In this document: piece after piece, positions 18,539 through 27,234 of the stretch
Layout of the letters: each line of letters starts with the position of its first letter
How positions within the stretch are numbered: the first letter of the stretch is position 1
Made by a program: the position numbers and the translations under genes
The notes under the pieces: model-generated
Told to the model about the DNA's origin: nothing
Databases searched by the model: none
Seen by the model: the letters and a program-made list of their open reading frames with translations, nothing else
Source: a virus
Taxonomy: Duplodnaviria > Caudoviricetes
Virus record (IMG/VR): IMGVR_UViG_3300031999_000027
Location: 1 to 53,337 of that record
Length of the DNA stretch: 53,337 nucleotides
Strand: one strand, 5' to 3'

Positions 18539-18712
18539 ATGAACTTTGATATGAAATATGTAGTAGGCATTCTCCTACTTGTGATAGCGGTGGCACTATT
18601 CTGGACAGCCAGAATAGACCTGCCAACGTTCCTTGGGTTAATGGCTGCAGCCCTTGCTGTGATGGGATACACAGCATACCAGGCTAGGAAAGTTGACAAG
18701 ACTATCCCTTAG
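18539..18712 (+). CDS. small two-TM membrane protein (holin-like), 57 aa
   Basis: Translated by hand: MNFDMKYVVGILLLVIAVALFWTARIDLPTFLGLMAAALAVMGYTAYQARKVDKTIP; GGAGGT RBS; below the ORF-track cutoff. Confidence 0.65.
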   Translation: MNFDMKYVVGILLLVIAVALFWTARIDLPTFLGLMAAALAVMGYTAYQARKVDKTIP

Positions 18713-18727
18713 CAGGAGAAAGAATAG

Positions 18728-19291
18728 ATGAAACTTACAGGAATTCTTGTAACTATATGTATCATATTAAGTTGTACAACTGTTTATTATGGAATACTAG
18801 AACATAACCCACTTACAGCTATAGTTACTGAGAACGAGCAGAAGATTATCGTCTATGAGAATACCATTGCTGAATTAACTTCACAGCTACGGATAGTTAA
18901 CATTACAATTACACAATTGGTAAAGGATAAGAATACTCTTGAGAAGAAGATAGAGAGTATTACCAGATATAAGAACTTTGCTGGAACTGGAACATATCTG
19001 AAGAAGATGGGTTATGATAAGGTAATAGTGATACAAAGAGCAGACTCTTGGGCTGATGCAATAACTGAACAGTTGAAGAAAGAGACTACTGTAATCATGA
19101 TATATAGATACTCTATAGGCACTGAGAGCTTCCGTTGGCTATCACCGCCTACTATCGATAGTACTACATGTGTGTTAGTGATTAGCTACTCAGAGGCTGC
19201 TATAATAGTTGGACAAATGCCACATCTTGGGATACCTTGGTATGCACCCGGAGATAGTGAGTGGGCAATGCTCTTGGTGGAGGCTGATTGA
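18728..19291 (+). CDS. membrane-anchored coiled-coil protein
   Basis: N-terminal hydrophobic helix then heptad repeats; AGGAG RBS. Confidence 0.65.
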   Translation: MKLTGILVTICIILSCTTVYYGILEHNPLTAIVTENEQKIIVYENTIAELTSQLRIVNITITQLVKDKNTLEKKIESITRYKNFAGTGTYLKKMGYDKVIVIQRADSWADAITEQLKKETTVIMIYRYSIGTESFRWLSPPTIDSTTCVLVISYSEAAIIVGQMPHLGIPWYAPGDSEWAMLLVEAD

Positions 19292-20557
19292 TTGACAATA
19301 CTATTGATGCCCACACTAGATTGTAACTTCCGATGCCTGGCATGCTTTGAAGACCCAATACACTCAAAGACTGTGGTAAATATCCCACTTAATTTAGATG
19401 CTATGGAACAGACATTAGCTAAACTTTGGGAGGACACATATTATCATGGCAGTGGGATTGGGATTCATGGAGGAGAGTGTCTGCTTGCACCACCTGTCGT
19501 ATTAGATAGGCTATTCGAGGTTCAACAAAAGTACACTGGAGGTACTTCAGTAGTAACAAATGCCTCACTGATAACTCCAGCTATTATGAGACTTTTCAAG
19601 AAGTACAAGACTGATGTGTCAGTTAGTGTAGATGGTCCGCCAGAGTATAATCTCTTGAGGGGTCCCAGTCCACTTGACAAAGACATCACGGGAGAGTACA
19701 ACAAGTTACTGAATGACAACATCAAATGGCTTCGAGAAGAGGAGATATCTGTAAGCGTGATGTGCATTATTAACAAGTTTAACTCAGGAGATGCTAAGAA
19801 AGTCAAACGAATGAAGCAATGGTTCAATGAGCTGGCTACGTTGGGAATACGTGGAGGAAGGATTAATCCAATGTATGCTGATGGAGCGGCTAAGAAATAC
19901 GAACTCACTAACGATGAATTGCTGTACGCATATATTGAGTACACTAAGATGACGTTTGAGAGCAGCAAGATGAGATGGTTGCCGTTCAGGGAAATGATAG
20001 ACAACGTGCTTAACTTCAGTTCTTCTCCATGTATCTTTGGAGGGTGTGACTTCTTATGCACACACACTGTGACCATATTCCCCGACGGTTCACTCGGTAA
20101 CTGTGACAGAACATTCTCGGATGGCGTTGGCATAAGAAGCGAGTACGGGAAGAGAGAAGGTAGAACAAGCGCCCTCCAGCAGACACAATGCGCGGGATGC
20201 AATTACTGGAACATATGTAAAGGAGGATGCCCTTGTGAGGGGGTTGACGGCGATTGGAGAAACAAAACTAGATTCTGTGAAGCCATCGCTGGAACATACG
20301 ACTTCATTACAGATTATCTAACAGGACTACTGCCAAATGTGAGAATTTCTAATGACAGTGAACCATTCAGAGCCATGGGTTGGGGTCTTGTAGACAGACC
20401 TACGACATTCGGAAACTACACTGCTAAAACACAAGCTTTACCGCAAACTCAACAGCCAAATGGACATAGCGATAGTCACGGAGATCATCACGGAGATAAA
20501 CCGCATGGTGACCATGCGGATGAGGCACATAATGATCAAGGAGGAGTGAGACAATGA
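19292..20557 (+). CDS. radical SAM/SPASM-domain protein (peptide/protein maturase-like) with H-x-D-repeat C-terminal tail
   Basis: CNFRCLAC (CxxxCxxC), IHGGE, VTNA, SVSVDGP; SPASM C...GNC...CAGC...CKGGC...C. Confidence 0.93.
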   Translation: MTILLMPTLDCNFRCLACFEDPIHSKTVVNIPLNLDAMEQTLAKLWEDTYYHGSGIGIHGGECLLAPPVVLDRLFEVQQKYTGGTSVVTNASLITPAIMRLFKKYKTDVSVSVDGPPEYNLLRGPSPLDKDITGEYNKLLNDNIKWLREEEISVSVMCIINKFNSGDAKKVKRMKQWFNELATLGIRGGRINPMYADGAAKKYELTNDELLYAYIEYTKMTFESSKMRWLPFREMIDNVLNFSSSPCIFGGCDFLCTHTVTIFPDGSLGNCDRTFSDGVGIRSEYGKREGRTSALQQTQCAGCNYWNICKGGCPCEGVDGDWRNKTRFCEAIAGTYDFITDYLTGLLPNVRISNDSEPFRAMGWGLVDRPTTFGNYTAKTQALPQTQQPNGHSDSHGDHHGDKPHGDHADEAHNDQGGVRQ

Positions 20558-21369
20558 AGGAAGTTCAACCGTTTATATCTTTATCGTGGAAAAACCAAGA
20601 AGTCAGACAGAAGTGGGAACCAATCAGACAGGCGATCTATAAGGCAACCTATATTGCAGAATATGAAATGATAAAACGAGGGAAGAGGCACTGCGACGTA
20701 TATACTTTCACTCCCCAGAGATTCGACGAGCAGATGAACTGGGTGATTAATAACGGGTTCGTACCGTTAACGATATTGAAGTCAAAGACATACGAGGGGT
20801 TCGGACACAGGCACTATCCCGCAGATAAGATGGATTGGGACGTGTTCGCATACAGTGTAATAGCTGATACTTATGAGAATGCCAAGAAGTTCCAGCAGGC
20901 GAGCATTGGAAATGTCGATCACCGGATCATAGGACAATTACTAGGCTACCCAGAGTGCTGCATTGATTTCTTCCTTCCCATTTGGCTAGAGAAACGTGTG
21001 ATGGATCCGATGTGGGAGATTGCAGAGAACACTGAAGGGATGAAAAGGACATCGACAGAAATCGAGGTCACCGGAAACCCAATGTTGAATAGGATGGCAA
21101 GGTACTTTGGTCTTCAGGTCTGCCCATTCTTCACCCACAGCTACACCTGTAAAGAAGCCATCAAGTTCAATGAAGCCTGGTACGAAATAATGCACGACCA
21201 TTATCCGTATGAATCCGAAGAACTACTGAAGCTCCTAGCTATGCCTATGACATGGAGCCACCACAACATGATCATCTATGTCGAGCATCCCTTATTCAGG
21301 GGAGCAAGTAATGGATTCGACTGGGACACGAAAAAGGTGGTTAGATGGCTAGGCTCAGCGTCTGCCTGA
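20554..21369 (+). CDS. DUF483-like protein
   Basis: GQLLGYPECCIDFF and PFFTHSYTCKEA resemble DUF483 motifs; ATGA-coupled to the radical SAM gene. Confidence 0.55.
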   Translation: MKEVQPFISLSWKNQEVRQKWEPIRQAIYKATYIAEYEMIKRGKRHCDVYTFTPQRFDEQMNWVINNGFVPLTILKSKTYEGFGHRHYPADKMDWDVFAYSVIADTYENAKKFQQASIGNVDHRIIGQLLGYPECCIDFFLPIWLEKRVMDPMWEIAENTEGMKRTSTEIEVTGNPMLNRMARYFGLQVCPFFTHSYTCKEAIKFNEAWYEIMHDHYPYESEELLKLLAMPMTWSHHNMIIYVEHPLFRGASNGFDWDTKKVVRWLGSASA

Positions 21370-22136
21370 CCGGACATTCCAGACCTCTCTTATCCCAACT
21401 AGTATTTGAGAGAGCCAAGGACATCCTAGATGGTTATGATTGTGAGTTTACGTTCGCATACGATAGAGACCCGGAATCCCCCCATGATGAGTTGATTGAG
21501 ATAGTTAAGTTGCTATTCGATATTAAAGAGGTTGTGATAAGCAAACATCACACCAAGCGAGGAGAGTTACTCAATGATGCGTTTATGAAGAGTTCAGGGG
21601 AGTATTACATATTTTTGGAGAACGATTGGTACTGGGTAGAGGATAGGATCGAAGATGCCATACGGGCATTAGATGAAGTAGACTTCGTTCGGATGGTGCG
21701 CACTCCGTTCAAGAACTTTACCACAATTAAGAATGGTTTCTGCATATTAGCTCCAGAGACAGGTTATGCGTATAACTTTAACCCTAGTGTTAGGAAAGAT
21801 GTATTCCTTATAGGAATATTCAGAGAGGATTTGAACAGCGATCAACTAGAGAGTCTTACATCGACGTTATTCAACGCTATGGGTAAAACAGCTGCAGTAC
21901 TCGATACTGATAGTTTATCCCACATAGGATTTGTCAATAGCAATGGGGTGTTGAGAGAGCAACATTTCATTCGGGAGGGGATTAAGCCTTCACTTATCGA
22001 AGTAGTGAAGTGGTTTGAGTCAATCTCAAAAGATCGGTCGCATATTGATCTTTTCGTAGAGCATCTCCAAACAGAGGTCAGAGGAGCAGACAAAGGAGTG
22101 GAGTTAGATGAAACTTTCAGCAGTAATATCCTATAG
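21345..22136 (+). CDS. GT-A fold glycosyltransferase (GT2-like)
   Basis: LSVCLT start, RGELLNDAF, YYIFLENDW (DxD-like), FNPSV, SHIG. Confidence 0.7.
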   Translation: MARLSVCLTGHSRPLLSQLVFERAKDILDGYDCEFTFAYDRDPESPHDELIEIVKLLFDIKEVVISKHHTKRGELLNDAFMKSSGEYYIFLENDWYWVEDRIEDAIRALDEVDFVRMVRTPFKNFTTIKNGFCILAPETGYAYNFNPSVRKDVFLIGIFREDLNSDQLESLTSTLFNAMGKTAAVLDTDSLSHIGFVNSNGVLREQHFIREGIKPSLIEVVKWFESISKDRSHIDLFVEHLQTEVRGADKGVELDETFSSNIL

Positions 22137-22947
22137 AGACTGCATTAGAACAGGCTATCCGTTCTTAGAATCCATCTTAAGTGTACTGCCGATTGTGGAC
22201 GAGTACCTGATAAACGACGGTGGGTCGATTGATGGAACTCTTGAAGCAACGAAACGATTAGTTGAGATGTATCCTGATAAGATTATATTATTTCAGATTA
22301 AAGATTATCCCTCAGACCATTGGCAGTGTGTCTCCGAACAATACAATAAATTACTTAACGATGCAACTGGAGACTGGATATTCATGGGAAATGCCGATGA
22401 GTTGATGCATGAAGATGACGCGAGAAAGTTTAGGGCAAAGCTAGAAGCATCACCGATTGATATCTTGGTCTACAGACACCTTCGGCGGGAAGTCTCTAAC
22501 TGGTGGAGCGAGATGGGTTCTTATGATTATTACCCTGCAAGAACTGTTCGTAATATAGAAGGGGTTTTTCAGAGTTGGGCAAGTCACGGAGGAGACGAGT
22601 TCTTGGTGCCTGAGTGGAGGTGGTTAAGAGAACCCCCTGAGTGCCAAACATTGGATGGATATATGATGTGGCATTACTACATGATGTTCCCCGAAAACAT
22701 CTTTGAGAAAAGGAAACATGATTCCGAAGAGGTAGCCACAGGAGATAAGGAAAGAATGATCCAGTACGAATGGTGGAAGGAGAACAAAGACAAGATAAAG
22801 CCGCCCGAGTGGTATGGGAAGAAAACTGTTCCGGACCAACCTAGGTCTATGCAGGGATTAGTAGGAGCCTTGAGATATTATGTTAGAGAAGAAATGTTTG
22901 ATAGAAAGTGGATACAGGAAATTTATGAAGGCACAGTATCCCAGTGA
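22108..22947 (+). CDS. glycosyltransferase family 2 protein
   Basis: LSAVI, INDGGSIDGT, ATGDWIFMGNADE. Confidence 0.85.
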   Translation: MKLSAVISYRDCIRTGYPFLESILSVLPIVDEYLINDGGSIDGTLEATKRLVEMYPDKIILFQIKDYPSDHWQCVSEQYNKLLNDATGDWIFMGNADELMHEDDARKFRAKLEASPIDILVYRHLRREVSNWWSEMGSYDYYPARTVRNIEGVFQSWASHGGDEFLVPEWRWLREPPECQTLDGYMMWHYYMMFPENIFEKRKHDSEEVATGDKERMIQYEWWKENKDKIKPPEWYGKKTVPDQPRSMQGLVGALRYYVREEMFDRKWIQEIYEGTVSQ

Positions 22948-24269
22948 GCCACATCATCGTGAGCTATATCTGTATGGTAGTTGGTGTGGGTGTCTACATG
23001 TGCAGTATTTGAATGTGGTGTGTTAACATGCGGAACATTCCCGTGGGAGTTTGAATGATTATTCACATGCGGTGTATTAACATAGCTATTGTAATGTGGA
23101 GTGTTTTCATGCGGAATGTTAGTGTGGCTGTCGCTATGCGGTGTATCCTCATGCACATCTCCGTGTGTATTAGTATGGGTATCTACATGAGCTGTGTCGC
23201 TGTGGACATCTGAGTGAGTGTTCACATGATCGTTCACATGGGCTGTATTGGTGTGGGTATTAGTATGAGGAGTATTATAGTGAGGAGCGTTGCTGTGACT
23301 GTCATTGTGTGCAAGGTCATCATGGACATCTGAATGAGTATCAGCATGGGCACTATCTGAGTGAGTATTGGAATGAGTGTTACTGTGTGGTATATTTTGA
23401 TGTTCCTCAAGCTGGCGGTCAGTATGCGGAACATCTGAGTGAGTATCCGAATGAGAGTTACTATGAGGGGTGTTCGAGTGAGTATTTGAGTGATCATTTA
23501 CATGAGCCACATTGCTATGAGTATCACTATGCGATGTATCACTATGAGAAACATCACTATGGCTATCAGCGTGTGCCGTATCGTCATGAACATCGGTGTG
23601 AAGATTTGTATGAGTGTTGGTATGAGGAGTATTTGCGTGAGGAACGTCTCCGTGAGTGTTTGAATGGTCATTTATGTGCACATTGTCGTAATGGGCATCC
23701 GCATGGGCTGTATCAGTATGAGAGTCACTGTGACTATCATAGTGTGCGGTGTCCTCGTGAACGTCACCATGAGTGTTTGTATGAGTATCTACATGGGGCA
23801 CATTTGAATGGGGGGTATTGACATGAGGAACATTACTGTGGGTATTTAAGTGAACAACATTCGCATGTTCCCCCTCCCTTAATAGCCTCCAAGAGCGAAT
23901 ATCTCCAGTAGATTGATACCTAACGGGAGACGCTTCAGGATGATCAGTTTGTACGGTGTAAATAGACTTCGCGGCAACCGAAGTTCGAATCCGTGGAACT
24001 CCACCTACACCAGTAGCCCCATCTGCTGTTGCTACTATAGTGATTGGAACATACGGTGTATCTAAATGTGCCTTATCTACGTGAACATCGGCGTGCGAAT
24101 CAACGTGGGTATCGGTATGTGAATCCCAATGCTCAGGAGACAGATCCACATCTGTATGATTCTGATGAGGAACATTACTGTGAGTATTCGTATGGGTATT
24201 CATATGGGTATTTTCATGCACGATGTTGACGTGCCCAGCGAGGCGGAGCCCATCATACTGATTCGGCAT
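22923..24269 (-). CDS. H-x-[D/N] repeat protein, last gene of the tail operon (putative tail-tip/fibre protein and radical SAM substrate)
   Basis: 448 aa; 81 H-x-D/N tripeptides by manual count, mostly spaced 4-5 aa; start overlaps the stop of the 984-aa tail gene (TAATG). Confidence 0.85.
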   Translation of the reverse strand: MPNQYDGLRLAGHVNIVHENTHMNTHTNTHSNVPHQNHTDVDLSPEHWDSHTDTHVDSHADVHVDKAHLDTPYVPITIVATADGATGVGGVPRIRTSVAAKSIYTVQTDHPEASPVRYQSTGDIRSWRLLREGEHANVVHLNTHSNVPHVNTPHSNVPHVDTHTNTHGDVHEDTAHYDSHSDSHTDTAHADAHYDNVHINDHSNTHGDVPHANTPHTNTHTNLHTDVHDDTAHADSHSDVSHSDTSHSDTHSNVAHVNDHSNTHSNTPHSNSHSDTHSDVPHTDRQLEEHQNIPHSNTHSNTHSDSAHADTHSDVHDDLAHNDSHSNAPHYNTPHTNTHTNTAHVNDHVNTHSDVHSDTAHVDTHTNTHGDVHEDTPHSDSHTNIPHENTPHYNSYVNTPHVNNHSNSHGNVPHVNTPHSNTAHVDTHTNYHTDIAHDDVAHWDTVPS

Positions 24270-27223
24270 TAAAGATCAGTCCTAAACCACAGTTCGCCGG
24301 TCCGCGGAGTACTTGGATCGCCTGTTTTAAGAGGAAGTATTAGGTGAGCATCCACGTCACTTAAATCTAACGTCGCGAACACATCGATATCACCATCTCC
24401 TCGGAATTTCAACGAGTACCCACCTGATTCTAATGTAATATCCTGAGTCCCCAGAACGGTCATTATTTTGAGTGTACCTCTGCCACCTTCCTCAGTACCA
24501 TCGATCCATCCTATAGGGGTACCATCGGCTTTCTGAATCCCATATTGACCTATCCCCTTTACAGTCACTCCATTAGAGTCTAATATGACATTCCCCCCTC
24601 CGGCAGTAGCTTTGCCCGTAGCTGCATCCAAGGAGAACTGCAACGTTCCTGTTCCCGCAGCTCCAGAATACCCCTTGATCCCAGCTTCGTTGATCATTAT
24701 ATGCCCATCAGCAACGTAAGCCTCCCCTGTTGTCGGATCGAGTTTAAATGTGATCGTTGATGCGTCTTTCATCCCCACAATCCCTAGAGTGTCCGACATG
24801 ATGATTTTCGGATAACCAACCGATGTCTGGATCAAATGACCAGTGATCGTCATCGTAGCCTCAAGATGATCCACAATGATCGACTTAACTGTAATGACCC
24901 CTCCTGATATCGTCGGGAGATAACTATCAAACATTAATATCGTCGGGGGTTTGGAACTATCGGTCTCAACCTTCACTATCGCAATCATTCCAAGACCAGG
25001 TCCTGTTGCTGCAGCATGATCAGTGGTTTGACGTAAAGTTGTGGATGCATCCCAGTAACAGTACCAAACCCCTGCAGCTAAAGTGATCCTTGACGCATAG
25101 AGTAACGCGTCGATTGTCTTAGAACTTCCATCGGAGAATGTCACCTTGGCATTATCAGTGATCGCCCCACCCTTTCCCCAGTAGAACTTATTATTCGACG
25201 GAGTCGCAGAATCGTAAGTAACATACAAGTCCGACGTCCAGGGTCTTAACTCAACATTCAGATCAATCGCCGAGAGTTTTAATGGAGTAGCAACGACCGA
25301 ACTCGTAGCGGCCGATATGTTCTTCGACGTATCAAAGGCCTTCACCCAGAAATACTGTGGAACGTAATCGGATGTTGTCTCTACTACCCAGGCGAAGAAG
25401 TTAGTATTAATCACCGCTATCGGATCTGCAGGGATGCTGTTCGTTGTGTTCCGATAAACTAAGTATCCAGCTAAGTCAGCTTCTGTGTTCACCGTCCATC
25501 GGACAATCACCCCCCCAGGGATTCCAGTAGCTCCTAATCCAGTGGGCACTCCCGGAGGGGTCGTGTCTGTTGCTGCTAATTTATCGACAATCGTCGTCCA
25601 TGGGGAGTACTTATTAAGTTTGGATATCGCCACTGCTTGGAATTTATAAACCAATCCCGGCATACATCTAGGGATCACAAAATAGATATCCGTCCCTGAC
25701 CCCGGATCATCCATAAACAACGTCGTCCAATTCGTTGTGCCGTCGATTCTGACTCTCAACGCATACTGAGTAGCCCCAGTGACTCTAGCTATCTTAACAT
25801 CAAACGTGATCGACACTGTACCATCTGCGGCAATGGCCGATGTTGTTGTAATATCTGACGCGTCGAATCCCGCTGGAGCGGCCAAAGTCGTTCCATAAAG
25901 TTGACCTTCTCCCAAGGTTGTTCCCTTACCTTGGAAGGTTTCAATAGTTAACGAATTAACCCCATCACAGGTGATCTTCGCTAAGAGACCTTTCACGTTC
26001 CCTACGCAGTCACTATACAACTGAGAATAGGTCAGTGCCGCGACCGGCCATAACCAATAAACATACGTGGTTCCCACAGATACAGTGATCGTCTGCTGAG
26101 GAGTCAGATCGATCACTAATGTATCTCCATCAGCGAAGTTGATATTCCCATCCGCCGGTGGGGTAGCCCCGTTGACATTCACTGTGTAGACCGGATCGAT
26201 TACATCTACACTGAACACTATATCGGAATTCCAACCTTGAGAGCCCTTAGGGATCGCTGACGTTATATAAATGCCAAACTCCTCATACTTCGTCAGATCG
26301 ATCACTCTGTCTTCCAACGTCTTATTTGGTGCGTTGATTGATATAAACACCTGATCGAGTCTTCGGACTATCCTCGTGATCCTCTCCGTGGTTCCAGTTA
26401 ATCCTAACGCAGGAACAGTTAACGCTACAGTATCCCCTAGAGATATCACTCCAGAGTCATTCAACGATACTTCTAACTGACTGGGACCGTCTTCGACGTT
26501 CATCTCATTATAATATTTAAGAGCTAACAAATTTAACGTCGTGACATCTGCGGCTTTCTTCTCGGTAAATGATCTTATCTTAGTTCCTAATCCATCATTA
26601 TAGAACCCCTCTAAATACGCCCCAGCTGCGTTTTGTCCTCTAACGTAAACTATATTGACCTTTCCTACTCTATTTTTCATCCTTGACGTCTCTATATCCT
26701 GAATGATCGTGAGAGCTCCTTTATAAGAACCTCTCAGGCCGACGACAAATGTATTCGTCGCTTCAACATAATAATAGTCTGTGTTCGCAATATCCGCTAG
26801 GAACTTTCCAGCATCAAAACATGACGCTCTAGCGAAACGTACAGAAATAACCGGATCAGTCGGCGCAGTCCATGAGACCACAACCCCTGCGGCGAGTCCG
26901 ATGGCAGTCAATATCGTCGACGCAGCGGTCGCCACGTAATTCTCCGTGATCCCCTTGAACGCCATCTTGTAATACACGCTAGGAATGATGCTCGTTTCTA
27001 GAACATCTGCAGCGTGATTCGCTCCGGTGCAGGTTCCGGAGAATAGCAAAGTTGATCCTCCGGTAGTCCACCTCAATGTCGCAGGGCAGTCACTGTTGAC
27101 AATCGTTCGATTCCCTGACGTATTCGGGAGAAATATCTTGCATATCTCCGTACCATTGAGGTTCTCATCTGACTCAGATAACCAACCAGTGGATCCCCCG
27201 ACGATAGACTCATATCCCGTCAT
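24269..27223 (-). CDS. tail tip/baseplate hub protein with fibronectin type III domains
   Basis: 984 aa after the tape measure and Dit-like genes; FN3 signatures (YKFQAVA, DTTPPGVPTGL, DLAGYLVYR, YFWVKAFD). Confidence 0.75.
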   Translation of the reverse strand: MTGYESIVGGSTGWLSESDENLNGTEICKIFLPNTSGNRTIVNSDCPATLRWTTGGSTLLFSGTCTGANHAADVLETSIIPSVYYKMAFKGITENYVATAASTILTAIGLAAGVVVSWTAPTDPVISVRFARASCFDAGKFLADIANTDYYYVEATNTFVVGLRGSYKGALTIIQDIETSRMKNRVGKVNIVYVRGQNAAGAYLEGFYNDGLGTKIRSFTEKKAADVTTLNLLALKYYNEMNVEDGPSQLEVSLNDSGVISLGDTVALTVPALGLTGTTERITRIVRRLDQVFISINAPNKTLEDRVIDLTKYEEFGIYITSAIPKGSQGWNSDIVFSVDVIDPVYTVNVNGATPPADGNINFADGDTLVIDLTPQQTITVSVGTTYVYWLWPVAALTYSQLYSDCVGNVKGLLAKITCDGVNSLTIETFQGKGTTLGEGQLYGTTLAAPAGFDASDITTTSAIAADGTVSITFDVKIARVTGATQYALRVRIDGTTNWTTLFMDDPGSGTDIYFVIPRCMPGLVYKFQAVAISKLNKYSPWTTIVDKLAATDTTPPGVPTGLGATGIPGGVIVRWTVNTEADLAGYLVYRNTTNSIPADPIAVINTNFFAWVVETTSDYVPQYFWVKAFDTSKNISAATSSVVATPLKLSAIDLNVELRPWTSDLYVTYDSATPSNNKFYWGKGGAITDNAKVTFSDGSSKTIDALLYASRITLAAGVWYCYWDASTTLRQTTDHAAATGPGLGMIAIVKVETDSSKPPTILMFDSYLPTISGGVITVKSIIVDHLEATMTITGHLIQTSVGYPKIIMSDTLGIVGMKDASTITFKLDPTTGEAYVADGHIMINEAGIKGYSGAAGTGTLQFSLDAATGKATAGGGNVILDSNGVTVKGIGQYGIQKADGTPIGWIDGTEEGGRGTLKIMTVLGTQDITLESGGYSLKFRGDGDIDVFATLDLSDVDAHLILPLKTGDPSTPRTGELWFRTDL

Positions 27224-27234
27224 GGTTGATCATC

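Noticed and set aside
19292-20557. Radical SAM/SPASM enzyme as an anaerobic sulfatase maturase or part of the deazaguanine pathway
   Set aside because: No sulfatase gene is present, QueE is separately encoded, and the H-x-D tail links it to the repeat protein; not formally excluded without phylogeny
23309-23821. 170-aa + strand ORF rich in Y/E/H/C (also 24044-24229 and 23234-23497)
   Set aside because: Antisense or alternate-frame shadows of the H-x-D/N repeat gene; no RBS or operon context
22923-24269. His-repeat region as a CRISPR array or assembly artefact
   Set aside because: No constant DNA repeat with unique spacers; synonymous codons vary, so the repetition is at protein level
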